A DNA stretch of 64,000 nt, taken from positions 16,071 through 80,070 of the forward strand of contig OMZR01000001.1 in assembly GCA_900315575.1 (NCBI GenBank), in the 5' to 3' direction. The notes below the pieces were generated by a model. That model ran no database searches. It saw only the letters and a program-made list of their open reading frames with translations, and was not told the DNA's origin. The DNA is from an uncultured Veillonellaceae bacterium (GTDB taxonomy: Bacteria; Bacillota; Negativicutes; Selenomonadales; Selenomonadaceae). The position numbers were made by a program, and so were the translations under genes. Positions 43,102-51,670 of the stretch are shown here, piece after piece (position 1 is the first letter of the stretch; every line of letters starts with the position of its first letter).

Positions 43102-43262
43102 CGAAATCCGGGACGTTCGCTGCGCTCACTAAAACGGATTTCTTATGAAAGTCCCCGTGATGCCCGAAGTTGCGAGGATGCAACAGAACCCACGGACGAT
43201 TCCTTAACGGGTTCCTTATGCATCCCCGTTTCCGCCCGAAGAAGTATTCGCGAACGCGCAGG
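43075..43262 (+). repeat. two degenerate family-B units (B7 with a divergent loop, B8 with the canonical loop)
   Basis: B7 has stem GGCATCGCGGGGGCTTTCA/TGAAAGTCCCCGTGATGCC, inner stem GAAATCC/GGATTTC, and a different loop. B8 is GGATGCA-ACAGAACCCACGGACGATTCCTTAACGGGTTCCTTA-TGCATCC. Confidence 0.75.
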
Positions 43263-43340
43263 AAAGCCCAACGCCGCGAAGAGACGTTGTCGAGAGACAG
43301 CATGGCGCTTTTGAAGAAACGGAGCGTTTCTTTTTGCGAA

Positions 43341-43437
43341 GCCTCCCTCTTTGAGGGAGGGGGACCGCGAAGCGGTGGTGGGAGTCCCCTGCATGGCGAA
43401 ACAATTCGTACGGCAGAACTTTCGCGGGTGCGATATA
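43341..43437 (+). repeat. family-A structured repeat, long form (A6)
   Basis: GCCTCCCTCTTTGAGGGAGG-GGG-ACCGCGAAGCGGT-GGTGGGAGTCCCCTGCATGG...CTTTCGCGGGTGCGATATA. Both hairpin stems carry compensatory changes relative to A1. Confidence 0.85.
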
Positions 43438-43469
43438 CGAAAAAGGCTGTCGCGAAAAGCAACAGCCTT
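43438..43469 (-). terminator. rho-independent terminator after the tRNA-Glu pair
   Basis: AAGGCTGT (43443..43450) / ACAGCCTT (43462..43469), with a T-run on the minus strand (A-run 43440..43444). Confidence 0.7.
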
Positions 43470-43477
43470 ATAATTTC

Positions 43478-43552
43478 TGGTGACACCTATGGGATTCGAA
43501 CCCATGAACCCGGCGTGAGAGGCCGGTGTCTTAACCGCTTGACGAAGGTGCC
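43478..43552 (-). tRNA. tRNA-Glu (anticodon CUC)
   Basis: Reverse complement GGCACCTTCGTCAAGCGGTTAAGACACCGGCCTCTCACGCCGGGTTCATGGGTTCGAATCCCATAGGTGTCACCA. It folds as a cloverleaf with anticodon stem CCGGC/GCCGG, loop CT-CTC-AC, T-arm ATGGG/CCCAT, and an encoded CCA. Confidence 0.9.
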
Positions 43553-43554
43553 GA

Positions 43555-43629
43555 TGGTGACGCCTATGAGATTCGAACTCATGAACCCGGCGTGAGAGGC
43601 CGGTGTCTTAACCGCTTGACGAAGGCGCC
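43555..43629 (-). tRNA. tRNA-Glu (anticodon CUC), second tandem copy
   Basis: Reverse complement GGCGCCTTCGTCAAGCGGTTAAGACACCGGCCTCTCACGCCGGGTTCATGAGTTCGAATCTCATAGGCGTCACCA. It differs from copy 1 only by compensated acceptor and T-stem changes. Confidence 0.9.
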
Positions 43630-43689
43630 ATTTGCTTGTGCCGTTTGCGGGCAGTTCATACCACCGCGCTAAGGACAAGCATTATTATA

Positions 43690-45150
43690 TTACATCGCGT
43701 TGAGCGCGTCAAGACTTTTTTTGAGGCGCGCGAGGGAATTTTCTTTGCCGAGGAGCGTAAGGATTTCGGTCGCGCCGCCTGGCGTGACGATCTTCCCTGC
43801 CGCTGCGATGCGGACGACCCACATCATGAGGCCTTTCTTGACGCCCGTGGCCTCGATGTGCGCTTCGAGTTTTGCATAGAGGCTGTCGTTCGTCCACTCG
43901 CTTTCGGGGACGGCTTCGAGCAGCTCGATGACGGCGGGCAGCAGGTCTTTGGCCTTTTCGGGCGTGACCTTGTTGCGCTTGTTGACGTAGAGCTCGGCGT
44001 CAAAGGCCGGCTGCTCGCAGAGGAAGCCGATTTCCTGAGGAATCTGGCCGAGGCGCTCGATGCGCGTGCGCAGGAGCTCGGCGAGGCTCGCCCAATGTGC
44101 CGCGAGATAGTCCGGCAGGTCGCCGGCGAACGGTTTCGCCATTTCAGCGAATTTTGCAGGCTCCATGGCCTTGAAGTATTCGCCGCTGACCCAGCCGAGT
44201 TTCTGGTAGTCGAAGACGGCCGGGGACTTCGAGAGGCCTTCGAGCGAGAAATGCTCGATGAGTTCCTGCATCGAGAAGATTTCCTGGTTCGTCGTCTTCG
44301 GGTTCCAGCCGAGCAGGGCAACGTAGTTGACGATGGCCTCCGGGAGGTAGCCCATCTTGACGAGGTCGTCGAACGATGTGGCACCATGGCGCTTCGAGAG
44401 TTTCGAGACGCTGCCGTCCTCGTTCTTGCCCATGACCGGGGCGAGGTGGATGAAGACGGGGACGTCCCAGCCGAACGACTGGTACAAGAGGATGTATTTC
44501 GGCGTCGAGGTGATGAATTCCGCGCCGCGCATGATGTGCGTGATGCCCATGAGATGGTCGTCGATGACGTTGGCGAAGTTGTACGTCGGCATGCCGTCGC
44601 GCTTCAAGAGCACCTGGTCTTCGAGCTCGCTGTTCGGGATCGTGACGGTGCCGTGGAGGACGTCCTGATACGACGTCTCGCCGTCGAGCGGCATCTTCTG
44701 GCGGATGACATACGGGTCGCCGTTTTTCAGGTGCTCGTCGATGACGTCCTGCGGCAGGTTGCGGCATGTGCGGTCATAGCCGCCGAATTCGCCCGTCGTG
44801 TGGTCTTCTTTCGGGTCGCAGAAGCAGTAGTAGGCGTGGCCGGTCTTGACGAGTTCTTCGGCGTATTTCTTGTAGAGGTCCATGCGCTCGCTCTGGACGT
44901 ACGGGCCGCAGTCGCCGCCGTAGCCCGGGCCTTCGTCGGGCGTGATGCCCGCGAGTTTCAGCGTGCGCTCGATGAAGTCGACGGCATCGGCGACGTAGCG
45001 CGTGCGGTCGGTATCCTCGATGCGCAGGATGAAGTCGCCGCCGTTGGCCTTGGCGAAGAGATAGGCGTAAAGCGCCGTGCGCAGGTTGCCGATGTGCATG
45101 TACCCCGTCGGGCTCGGCGCGAAGCGCGTGCGTACTTTCTTGTCTGTCAA
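43690..45150 (-). CDS. gltX: glutamate--tRNA ligase
   Basis: VRTRFAPSPTGYMHIGNLRTALYAYLFA (HIGH), VSKLSKRHG (KMSKS-type). I prefer the TTG start at 45150 (RBS AAGGAGGA 7 nt upstream) to the ORF-track ATG at 45279. Confidence 0.9.
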   Translation of the reverse strand: MTDKKVRTRFAPSPTGYMHIGNLRTALYAYLFAKANGGDFILRIEDTDRTRYVADAVDFIERTLKLAGITPDEGPGYGGDCGPYVQSERMDLYKKYAEELVKTGHAYYCFCDPKEDHTTGEFGGYDRTCRNLPQDVIDEHLKNGDPYVIRQKMPLDGETSYQDVLHGTVTIPNSELEDQVLLKRDGMPTYNFANVIDDHLMGITHIMRGAEFITSTPKYILLYQSFGWDVPVFIHLAPVMGKNEDGSVSKLSKRHGATSFDDLVKMGYLPEAIVNYVALLGWNPKTTNQEIFSMQELIEHFSLEGLSKSPAVFDYQKLGWVSGEYFKAMEPAKFAEMAKPFAGDLPDYLAAHWASLAELLRTRIERLGQIPQEIGFLCEQPAFDAELYVNKRNKVTPEKAKDLLPAVIELLEAVPESEWTNDSLYAKLEAHIEATGVKKGLMMWVVRIAAAGKIVTPGGATEILTLLGKENSLARLKKSLDALNAM

Positions 45151-45317
45151 AATATTGTCCTCCTTAAGCAGTGAGCCAAATCTGAAGGAGCGTAAGCGAC
45201 GCGCAGATTTGTGCGAATCGCTTACACAAAATTGCGAAGCAATTTTATGATCCTTTACACTGGTAATTTTCTGGTTCACAGTATACTACAAATGGAAAGG
45301 AAAAAAAAGACGCGGAA

Positions 45318-45722
45318 TCATTCGCCGCTTTGCTCGATCGGGCACGAGACAACCTGTCCGTCCGCACCTCTCCGCGCTGCATTCGTGCCTTCGAACAGCG
45401 CCTGGCTCATCTTGCGCATGAGTTCGTCCTGCTCCTGCGATGCGGAGTAGACGAGGACGCTGCCGCCTTCGGGCGTCTCGCCTTCGAGCGGCGTGATGGC
45501 GAGCTGGAGACGGTGGCTCTTGTCCTTGCGGAACGAGTGCTTCTTGCGCGTGCGCAGCCATTCCGTGATGACTTCGACGTTTTGAAATGAGGCGTTCGTG
45601 TTGTATTCTTTGTAGGCAGCCGCCGCGATTTCGGCGGCGCGGCCCTCGTCCTGCGTGAGGCCGAGGATCGAGAACTCCTGCGAATCGCCTTCGGTGACGA
45701 GCTTTGTGACAATGTAGTTCAT
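45318..45722 (-). CDS. hypothetical protein
   Basis: Starts MNYIVTKLVTEGDSQEF with AAAGGA 8 nt upstream. No family recognised. Confidence 0.55.
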   Translation of the reverse strand: MNYIVTKLVTEGDSQEFSILGLTQDEGRAAEIAAAAYKEYNTNASFQNVEVITEWLRTRKKHSFRKDKSHRLQLAITPLEGETPEGGSVLVYSASQEQDELMRKMSQALFEGTNAARRGADGQVVSCPIEQSGE

Positions 45723-45827
45723 GTGAGTGGTCCTTTCTGACATGACTGGCATGTGCAATCTTTCAAAACTGGATATTTCATAGGATCACTTTTTGCGTTA
45801 GAATGAAGCGCAAAAGGAGTGATATTC

Positions 45828-46355
45828 ATGGTTTCTTCGACATCTCCAGCCGCTGTGCAGCAGCGCCCCGCCTTTACGGCGCGCGAGCTCACAGTCACGG
45901 CTGTTATGACGGCCCTTGTCTTTCTTGCAACATTCGTGCCGCGCATTCCGATTCCACTCGGCTACGCGCACCTCGGCGATGCCGTCATCTTTTTGCTCGC
46001 ACTTTCCATTGGGCGGCGCGAGGCGCTGATTGCCGCGTGCCTCGGCTCGGCGCTTTCCGACGTGCTCGGCGGCTTCCTGCTCTGGGCCGTGCCGACGCTT
46101 GTCATCAAGTTTTTCATGGCGGACATCGTCTGGCGTATCGCAGGGCGCGGCAATGCTAGCCGTCTGCGCGTATTCGTTGCATTCATCGCTTCGTCCATCT
46201 GGATGGCGGCGGCCTACACGGCATTTGGCGCTGCGCTCTATGCGAGCGTGGCGGCTGGCCTCGCTTCAACGCCGGGCCTTTTGATGGAGGGCGCGGTCAA
46301 TACCGTCGCGGCTTTCATCGTCTGGCCGGCCGTGCAGCGGTTTTTGAAAAAGTGA
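45828..46355 (+). CDS. ECF-transporter S component-like membrane protein (substrate unknown)
   Basis: FTARELTVTAVMTALVFLATFV.RIPIPLGYAHLGDAVIFLLA ... ALSDVLGGFLLWAVPTLVIKF. About 6 TM helices. RBS AGGAG lies 8 nt upstream of the ATG at 45828. Confidence 0.65.
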   Translation: MVSSTSPAAVQQRPAFTARELTVTAVMTALVFLATFVPRIPIPLGYAHLGDAVIFLLALSIGRREALIAACLGSALSDVLGGFLLWAVPTLVIKFFMADIVWRIAGRGNASRLRVFVAFIASSIWMAAAYTAFGAALYASVAAGLASTPGLLMEGAVNTVAAFIVWPAVQRFLKK

Positions 46356-46392
46356 ACGAGCAAGAAAAAGCCTCCCTCGCGGGAGGCTTTCT

Positions 46393-46854
46393 TCATTTCT
46401 TTTCCTTGCGGCCCTTCGCGCGTTCCTTCGAGGCTTTTTCTTTCGCCTTGATCTTGTCGTCGAGCTTTTTCTGCTGCTCATAGCGCGCGTAGTCGACGCC
46501 CATGCTTGCGAGCTTGTGCTTGACGGCCATGACGGGGTGCTTGAGGTACATCTTGCGGCTGCCCGTGTTCATGATTGTCAGGAACTCGCGCGCCTGGCGC
46601 TCGCCGAAGCACTGACCCGCGAACTCGCACTTGTCGCAGATCGGTTTCGTGATGCCATAGCGGCAGCGGTTCATGCGCGTCATGACGGTCGCGAGCAGCG
46701 CCGTGCACTTCGGGCAGAGCTTTTCGCCGGACGTGCCGTGATGGCTGTGGCAGTAGACGCCGAAGGTCTTCTTGATGTTCGCCTTCTCCTTCGGCATATT
46801 GTTCTTGATCTCTACCGGCTTCTTCTTCGGCAGGAATCTCGATAAGATGCTCAT
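46393..46854 (-). CDS. nitrous oxide-stimulated promoter family protein (YgbA-like, Cys-rich)
   Basis: FGVYCHSHHGTSGEKLCPKCTALLATVMTRMNRCRYGITKPICDKCEFAGQCF. Starts at MSILSRF. Confidence 0.7.
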   Translation of the reverse strand: MSILSRFLPKKKPVEIKNNMPKEKANIKKTFGVYCHSHHGTSGEKLCPKCTALLATVMTRMNRCRYGITKPICDKCEFAGQCFGERQAREFLTIMNTGSRKMYLKHPVMAVKHKLASMGVDYARYEQQKKLDDKIKAKEKASKERAKGRKEKK

Positions 46855-47174
46855 GGAAAAATCACCCTTTGATGTTTTGAAATATAAGTTCAAGTGCATA
46901 CAGCACGATACTATCATTTTACGTGTTTTCCGTTCGGATTGCAAGCGCGAGCCTTGCCTTTTCACCGCCGGTGTGCTAGCATGAGGGGCGTAGCAGAAGA
47001 TGACACCGCTCCGGCGGGTTGTACTTTTCACAATTTCAAACCGCGCGGGCCGAAGTGCTGCCTGTATCCATGAGGAACGGGATGGCCGGAAAACGCCTGT
47101 GTTTCCAAAACATGCATACCGCCTTCTTTTGCTGCAAAGCCGTTGATTCTTTCCAGCAAAGGGAGGTTTTTCTT

Positions 47175-48020
47175 TTGAAAATTTTCACGACCGTCGCAGA
47201 AACCGTTGCCTACGCCAAAGAGCAGAAAGAGGCGGGCAAGACCATCGGCCTCTGCCCGACGATGGGCGCGCTCCACGAGGGCCACATGACGCTGATGCGC
47301 GCAGCGCGCAAAGCCTGCGACATCGTCATCGCGTCCGTCTTCGTCAACCCCGTCCAGTTCGGCCCGAACGAGGACTATGACAAGTATCCGCGCCAGTTCG
47401 ACGCCGACTGCGAAAAGCTCAAAGCCGAGGGCGTCGATGCCGTGTTCCATCCGAGCCCGGAGGAAATGTATCCGGCGGGCTACGGCACGTACATCACGGT
47501 CGAGAATGGCATCACGGACATCCTCTGCGGTGCGCGCCGTCCGGGGCATTTCCGCGGCGTCGCGACGGTCGTGACAAAGCTCATGAACATCACGCGGGCC
47601 GACAAGGCATTCTTCGGCCAGAAAGATGCGCAGCAGGTCGCCGTCGTGCGCCGTTTCGTTGCCGATCTGAACCTCCCCGTCGAGGTCTGCATGGTGCCGA
47701 TCTGCCGCGAGGAAAGCGGCCTGGCACGCAGCTCGCGCAACAGCTATATGAGTGCTGAGGAAAAACAGGCTGCCGTCGTCCTTTCGCGCAGCCTGCGCAA
47801 GGCAAAAGCAGCCTACGAAGCGGGCGAGCGCAGCGCGGAAGCGCTCAAGGCCGTCACACGCGCCGAGCTCGAAGGCGAGCCAATGGCTAAAGTGGATTAC
47901 GTCGATCTCTACACGTATCCGGCGCTCCAGGCGGCGGACACGGTCACGGAGCCGTGCCTGCTCGCCATCGCCGTCTACATCGGCAAGACGCGCCTGATCG
48001 ACAATGTCATCCTCGGCTGA
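47175..48020 (+). CDS. panC: pantoate--beta-alanine ligase
   Basis: [64 protein letters not shown] start at 47175 with AGGGAGG upstream. Confidence 0.9.
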   Translation: MKIFTTVAETVAYAKEQKEAGKTIGLCPTMGALHEGHMTLMRAARKACDIVIASVFVNPVQFGPNEDYDKYPRQFDADCEKLKAEGVDAVFHPSPEEMYPAGYGTYITVENGITDILCGARRPGHFRGVATVVTKLMNITRADKAFFGQKDAQQVAVVRRFVADLNLPVEVCMVPICREESGLARSSRNSYMSAEEKQAAVVLSRSLRKAKAAYEAGERSAEALKAVTRAELEGEPMAKVDYVDLYTYPALQAADTVTEPCLLAIAVYIGKTRLIDNVILG

Positions 48021-48036
48021 AAGAAAGGAACGCATC

Positions 48037-48420
48037 GTGATTCTCAACCTTTTGAAATCAAAAATCCACGCTGCCAAAGTCACGGAAGCAAATCTCCAGT
48101 ACATGGGCAGCATCACGATCGACCGCGCGCTCATAGAGGCGGCGGGCATCCTCGAAAACGAGCGCGTGCAGGTCGTCGACAACGAGAGCGGCGCCCGCCT
48201 CGAAACGTACGTCATCCCGGGCGAGCGCGGTTCCGGCGTCATCTGCCTCAACGGCGCAGCTGCCCGCCTCGTCCAGCCCGGCGATACCGTCATCATCATG
48301 TGCTACGCCTTCTTCACGCAGGAAGAAGCGGCAGATTACCAGCCGACTGTCGTCATGGTCGATGACAAGAACCACGTCAAGGAAATCCGCCACCTCGAAA
48401 AGCACGGGCAGGTCGGATAA
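48037..48420 (+). CDS. panD: aspartate 1-decarboxylase
   Basis: [25 protein letters not shown] (processing site G-S), [14 protein letters not shown] start at 48037. Confidence 0.9.
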   Translation: MILNLLKSKIHAAKVTEANLQYMGSITIDRALIEAAGILENERVQVVDNESGARLETYVIPGERGSGVICLNGAAARLVQPGDTVIIMCYAFFTQEEAADYQPTVVMVDDKNHVKEIRHLEKHGQVG

Positions 48421-48441
48421 AAAGTCTGTCGATAGAAAACG

Positions 48442-48494
48442 GAGCTCCCCATTGCAATCGAAAATGCAACGGGGAGCTCGTCTTGTATCTTTTT
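48442..48494 (+). terminator. rho-independent terminator after panD
   Basis: GAGCTCCCC (48442..48450) / GGGGAGCTC (48471..48479), then a T-rich tail. Confidence 0.65.
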
Positions 48495-48633
48495 CAGATA
48501 TTTTTCATCGGGTTGCAGGGATTTTTCTCCTGGAGTTGAATACTATACAATAGAAAATACGATAACAACAAGAATGCCGATGAAGATCGGCGAAGCAGTG
48601 TTTTATGAAGCATACCAAGAAGGAGTGGGATGA

Positions 48634-50430
48634 ATGCGTAGGGAATGGTGGATCTGTTTTTGTGTGCTTGCGTCGCTCTTGGCCATCTTTGCATTTGCGG
48701 GATGCGGCAAAAATGGTGCTTCGGGAGATCAGGGGGCAGGCAAGGGAAAATTTTATGAGGTCAAGGCGGCCGGCGACTATCGCGGGCTGGTGATGCAGCC
48801 GGATGGCAAGTTCCTGGTACGCGACAAAGTCAAGGACGGAGAATCCGTCTCTGGCGTGATCTACCGCGTGGAAGTCGGCGATGACAAGAAGATCTCGAAG
48901 ATCACGTCCATGTACGGTGACAAGGTCATCAGCACGGCCTGGCGGGATACGAAGGGACAGGAGTACAACATCAGCGCCGTTGCGGTGGATTATCAGGACA
49001 ATGGCTATGTCCGCTATACGTTCAAGAATAGCCGGGCCGGGTCGAAGAGCGGATATTATGGCGCGTTTGCGATCCGCTACAAGATTGACGAAAAGAGCAA
49101 GCAGCCAAAGGTCGCGTATCTGTACAACAAAGAAGGCACACAGGTCGGAAACCAGCAGGGCTTTGCCCAGATGCTGTTCACGTACGATGAGGGTGGCAAG
49201 CTGACGAAGGTCGGGTATGCGAATACGAATGGCGATCGCGTGACCACGAACCGCAAGGAATATGAGACGCGCTTTGAATATGGCAAGGAGTCTCAGCTGC
49301 CGACGGCCATTGGCAACTATGGCAAGGACGAGTCTCTGTCAGTGGACGATACAGGCATTGCAAAAATCAAGAAAACGTATGATGCACAGGATCGTGTGAC
49401 GGAAGTGCGGCACTTTGGTGCTGATGAAAGCTTGAAAGAGCGCAAGCTGAAGCCATATCATTTTGAGGAGGCATGGTTCGACATCACGGCGGGCGCCATC
49501 ACGAAGCTGACGTATGAGGGCGACAACCGCATCCCGAGCAAGGTTGCGTTCTTCGGCAAGGATGAGCAGCCGCTGGGCATCAAGGAGTGGGGGAACATCG
49601 CGTCCTTTACCTATACGCTCACCGAAAATGGTGAGGCGAAATCCATCGCGTCCTTTGGGCCGGATGATACGCCGGTGGCACTGGACAAGAACGAGCTGGG
49701 CAGCAACGTCGTCAAGCTGGAAATTTCGCGGGATGATGACGGGAACATCGCATCCATTTCGACGTATGGGCGTGACGACACGCTCGTCGTGGCGGACAAG
49801 CTGAAGGCGGCGCAGATCCGGTACAAGTATGATGAAAAGCGTCGTGAGACGGAACAGGCCTTCTTTGGCACGAGCGAAGACCCCGTGGAAGTCACGAACA
49901 AAGGTCACAAGTATCATCGCATGACAGAAGAATATAACGACGATGACGAATTGGTTCTGTGCGTGTATTACGACAAGAACGATAAAGAAGTCGCGCGCGA
50001 ACAGCCGCAGCCAGACAAGGGGAAGACCGTTGCCACGAACACGTCGTCCAATTCCAATGATCTGAATGGCTTTATTGCAAAGAAAGACGCATATGACCAG
50101 CAGATTGCTTCGCTGGCAAGCGACATCAACGGTTATCTGAATACGCATACGAATTTCGTAGGCGCGAACCAGCTCATGTCGCGGGGGGCGAATATCAGAA
50201 GCAATGTACAGGCAGCGCGGAATCAGCTGCAGGGCTCGAACGTTGGCACGGCGGAGCAGAAAAACAAGCTCCTCGCTGTGTTTGATGCCGAGCTCGGCCG
50301 CGTGGACGGCCTGCTCGAAGGCATGCGCCTCTCGTCCAAGGGCGGCGATTACAAGGCCGCGTTCAAACGCGGGACGGATGCAGCATATCGGTATGATGAT
50401 GCAAATGCGGCGTTCAATCAGGTGAGATGA
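48634..50430 (+). CDS. large lipoprotein with degenerate internal repeats (unknown family)
   Basis: Lipobox LAIFAFAGCG. Recurrent roughly 40-50 aa blocks of the type ..I.KI/V.Y/F.GxD...V....G... (e.g. ISKITSMYGDKVIS, LTKVGYANTNGDRV, VTEVRHFGADESL, PSKVAFFGKDEQPL, AKSIASFGPDDTPV, IASISTYGRDDTLV). Confidence 0.7.
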   Translation: MRREWWICFCVLASLLAIFAFAGCGKNGASGDQGAGKGKFYEVKAAGDYRGLVMQPDGKFLVRDKVKDGESVSGVIYRVEVGDDKKISKITSMYGDKVISTAWRDTKGQEYNISAVAVDYQDNGYVRYTFKNSRAGSKSGYYGAFAIRYKIDEKSKQPKVAYLYNKEGTQVGNQQGFAQMLFTYDEGGKLTKVGYANTNGDRVTTNRKEYETRFEYGKESQLPTAIGNYGKDESLSVDDTGIAKIKKTYDAQDRVTEVRHFGADESLKERKLKPYHFEEAWFDITAGAITKLTYEGDNRIPSKVAFFGKDEQPLGIKEWGNIASFTYTLTENGEAKSIASFGPDDTPVALDKNELGSNVVKLEISRDDDGNIASISTYGRDDTLVVADKLKAAQIRYKYDEKRRETEQAFFGTSEDPVEVTNKGHKYHRMTEEYNDDDELVLCVYYDKNDKEVAREQPQPDKGKTVATNTSSNSNDLNGFIAKKDAYDQQIASLASDINGYLNTHTNFVGANQLMSRGANIRSNVQAARNQLQGSNVGTAEQKNKLLAVFDAELGRVDGLLEGMRLSSKGGDYKAAFKRGTDAAYRYDDANAAFNQVR

Positions 50431-50459
50431 TAGAGATTCAATCATCGTGCATCCTGCAG

Positions 50460-50495
50460 GCGGGTTTCTCGCAAGAGAGACCCGCTTGTTGTTTT
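50460..50495 (+). terminator. rho-independent terminator after the lipoprotein gene
   Basis: GCGGGTTTCTC-GCAA-GAGAGACCCGC (GNRA loop) followed by TTGTTGTTTT. Confidence 0.7.
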
Positions 50496-50539
50496 CTCGC
50501 TGTTCTTCCTGTGGTATAATATTTTTCAGCGTGGACCAG

Positions 50540-50568
50540 TTGACAATGCAACACTTCCATGCTATCAT
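50540..50568 (+). promoter_or_regulatory. sigma-70-type promoter of metNIQ
   Basis: TTGACA (50540..50545), 17 nt, TATCAT (50563..50568). Confidence 0.55.
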
Positions 50569-50620
50569 CAAAACATATCACAATACTATGTTTGTTGTGA
50601 GACGAAAGAAGTGATCGTAT

Positions 50621-51670
50621 TTGATCGAACTCTCGCATATCGTCAAGACGTATGACAGCCCCGCTGGGCCTGTCCATGCGCTGAAGGATATCAATCTCGA
50701 GATCGGACGCGGGGAAATCTATGGCATCATCGGCCTTTCGGGTGCGGGCAAGTCGACGCTGATCCGCTGCATCAACATGCTCGAACGGCCGACGAGCGGC
50801 ACGGTGACCGTCGATGGCCAGGACCTCACGGCCATGAGCGACAGCGAGCTCCGCAAGGTGCGCAAGAGCATCGGCATGATTTTCCAGCATTTCAACCTGC
50901 TCTCCTCCGCGACGGTCTATGACAACATCGCGTTTCCGTTGCGGCTCGTCGGTACCGACGAAAGCACCATCAAGGCGAAAGTCGAGGAACTGCTCGGCGT
51001 CGTCGGCCTGGCCGACAAGGCGCACCAGTATCCGTCGCAGCTCTCAGGCGGGCAGAAGCAGCGCGTCGGCATTGCCCGCGCGCTCGCGAGCGACCCGAAG
51101 GTCCTGCTCTGCGACGAGGCGACAAGCGCCCTCGACCCGCAGACGACGAAAGCCATCCTTTCGCTGATCCAGGACATCAACAAGAAGCTCGGCCTGACGG
51201 TCGTCGTTATCACGCACGAGATGCAGGTTATCAAGGACATCTGCGACAAGGTCGCGGTCATCGACAAGGGCGTCATCGCCGAGCAGGGCACGGTCTTCGA
51301 CATCTTCACGAATCCGCAGCAGCCGATTACAAAGGAATTCATCAGCGTGCTGCTTTCGAACGACCTGCCCGCCGCGTTCCGCGGGAGCGCCATTTCGCAG
51401 GAAAAGACGCCGGGCAGCTACCTGCTCCTCCGGCTGACGTTCCTCGGCGAAAGCGCTGACGATCCCGTGCTTGCGGGCATGATCCGCAAATTCCCCGACG
51501 TCGAGACGACGATGCTGTTCGGCAACCTCGACCAGATCAAGGCGACGCCGTTCGGCCGCATGATCATCGGCGTCACGGGCCCGGACGCGAGCGTCCAGGC
51601 GGCAATGGACTACCTGCGCGCGCAGGATCTCAAGGAGGAGGTGATCGGCTATGTCCGCAGGAATGGTTGA
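50621..51670 (+). CDS. metN: methionine ABC transporter ATP-binding protein
   Basis: GIIGLSGAGKSTLIRC, LSGGQKQRVGIARAL, LLCDEATSALD. C-terminal NIL domain. TTG start. Confidence 0.9.
   Translation: MIELSHIVKTYDSPAGPVHALKDINLEIGRGEIYGIIGLSGAGKSTLIRCINMLERPTSGTVTVDGQDLTAMSDSELRKVRKSIGMIFQHFNLLSSATVYDNIAFPLRLVGTDESTIKAKVEELLGVVGLADKAHQYPSQLSGGQKQRVGIARALASDPKVLLCDEATSALDPQTTKAILSLIQDINKKLGLTVVVITHEMQVIKDICDKVAVIDKGVIAEQGTVFDIFTNPQQPITKEFISVLLSNDLPAAFRGSAISQEKTPGSYLLLRLTFLGESADDPVLAGMIRKFPDVETTMLFGNLDQIKATPFGRMIIGVTGPDASVQAAMDYLRAQDLKEEVIGYVRRNG

Noticed and set aside
43300-43700. Integrated element or integrase next to the tRNA-Glu genes
   Set aside because: tRNA genes are common integration sites, so I checked both sides. 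Only repeats A6 and B7/B8 and housekeeping genes are present. There is no integrase and no duplicated tRNA 3' end.
43636-45174. 512-aa plus-strand ORF
   Set aside because: It is antisense to gltX, which has HIGH and KMSKS motifs on the minus strand. No motifs, and Arg/Asp/Val-rich.
45151-45317. T-box leader upstream of gltX
   Set aside because: I looked for the conserved T-box sequence and a specifier/antiterminator arrangement on the minus strand. I found only a TATACT-type promoter and one simple hairpin.
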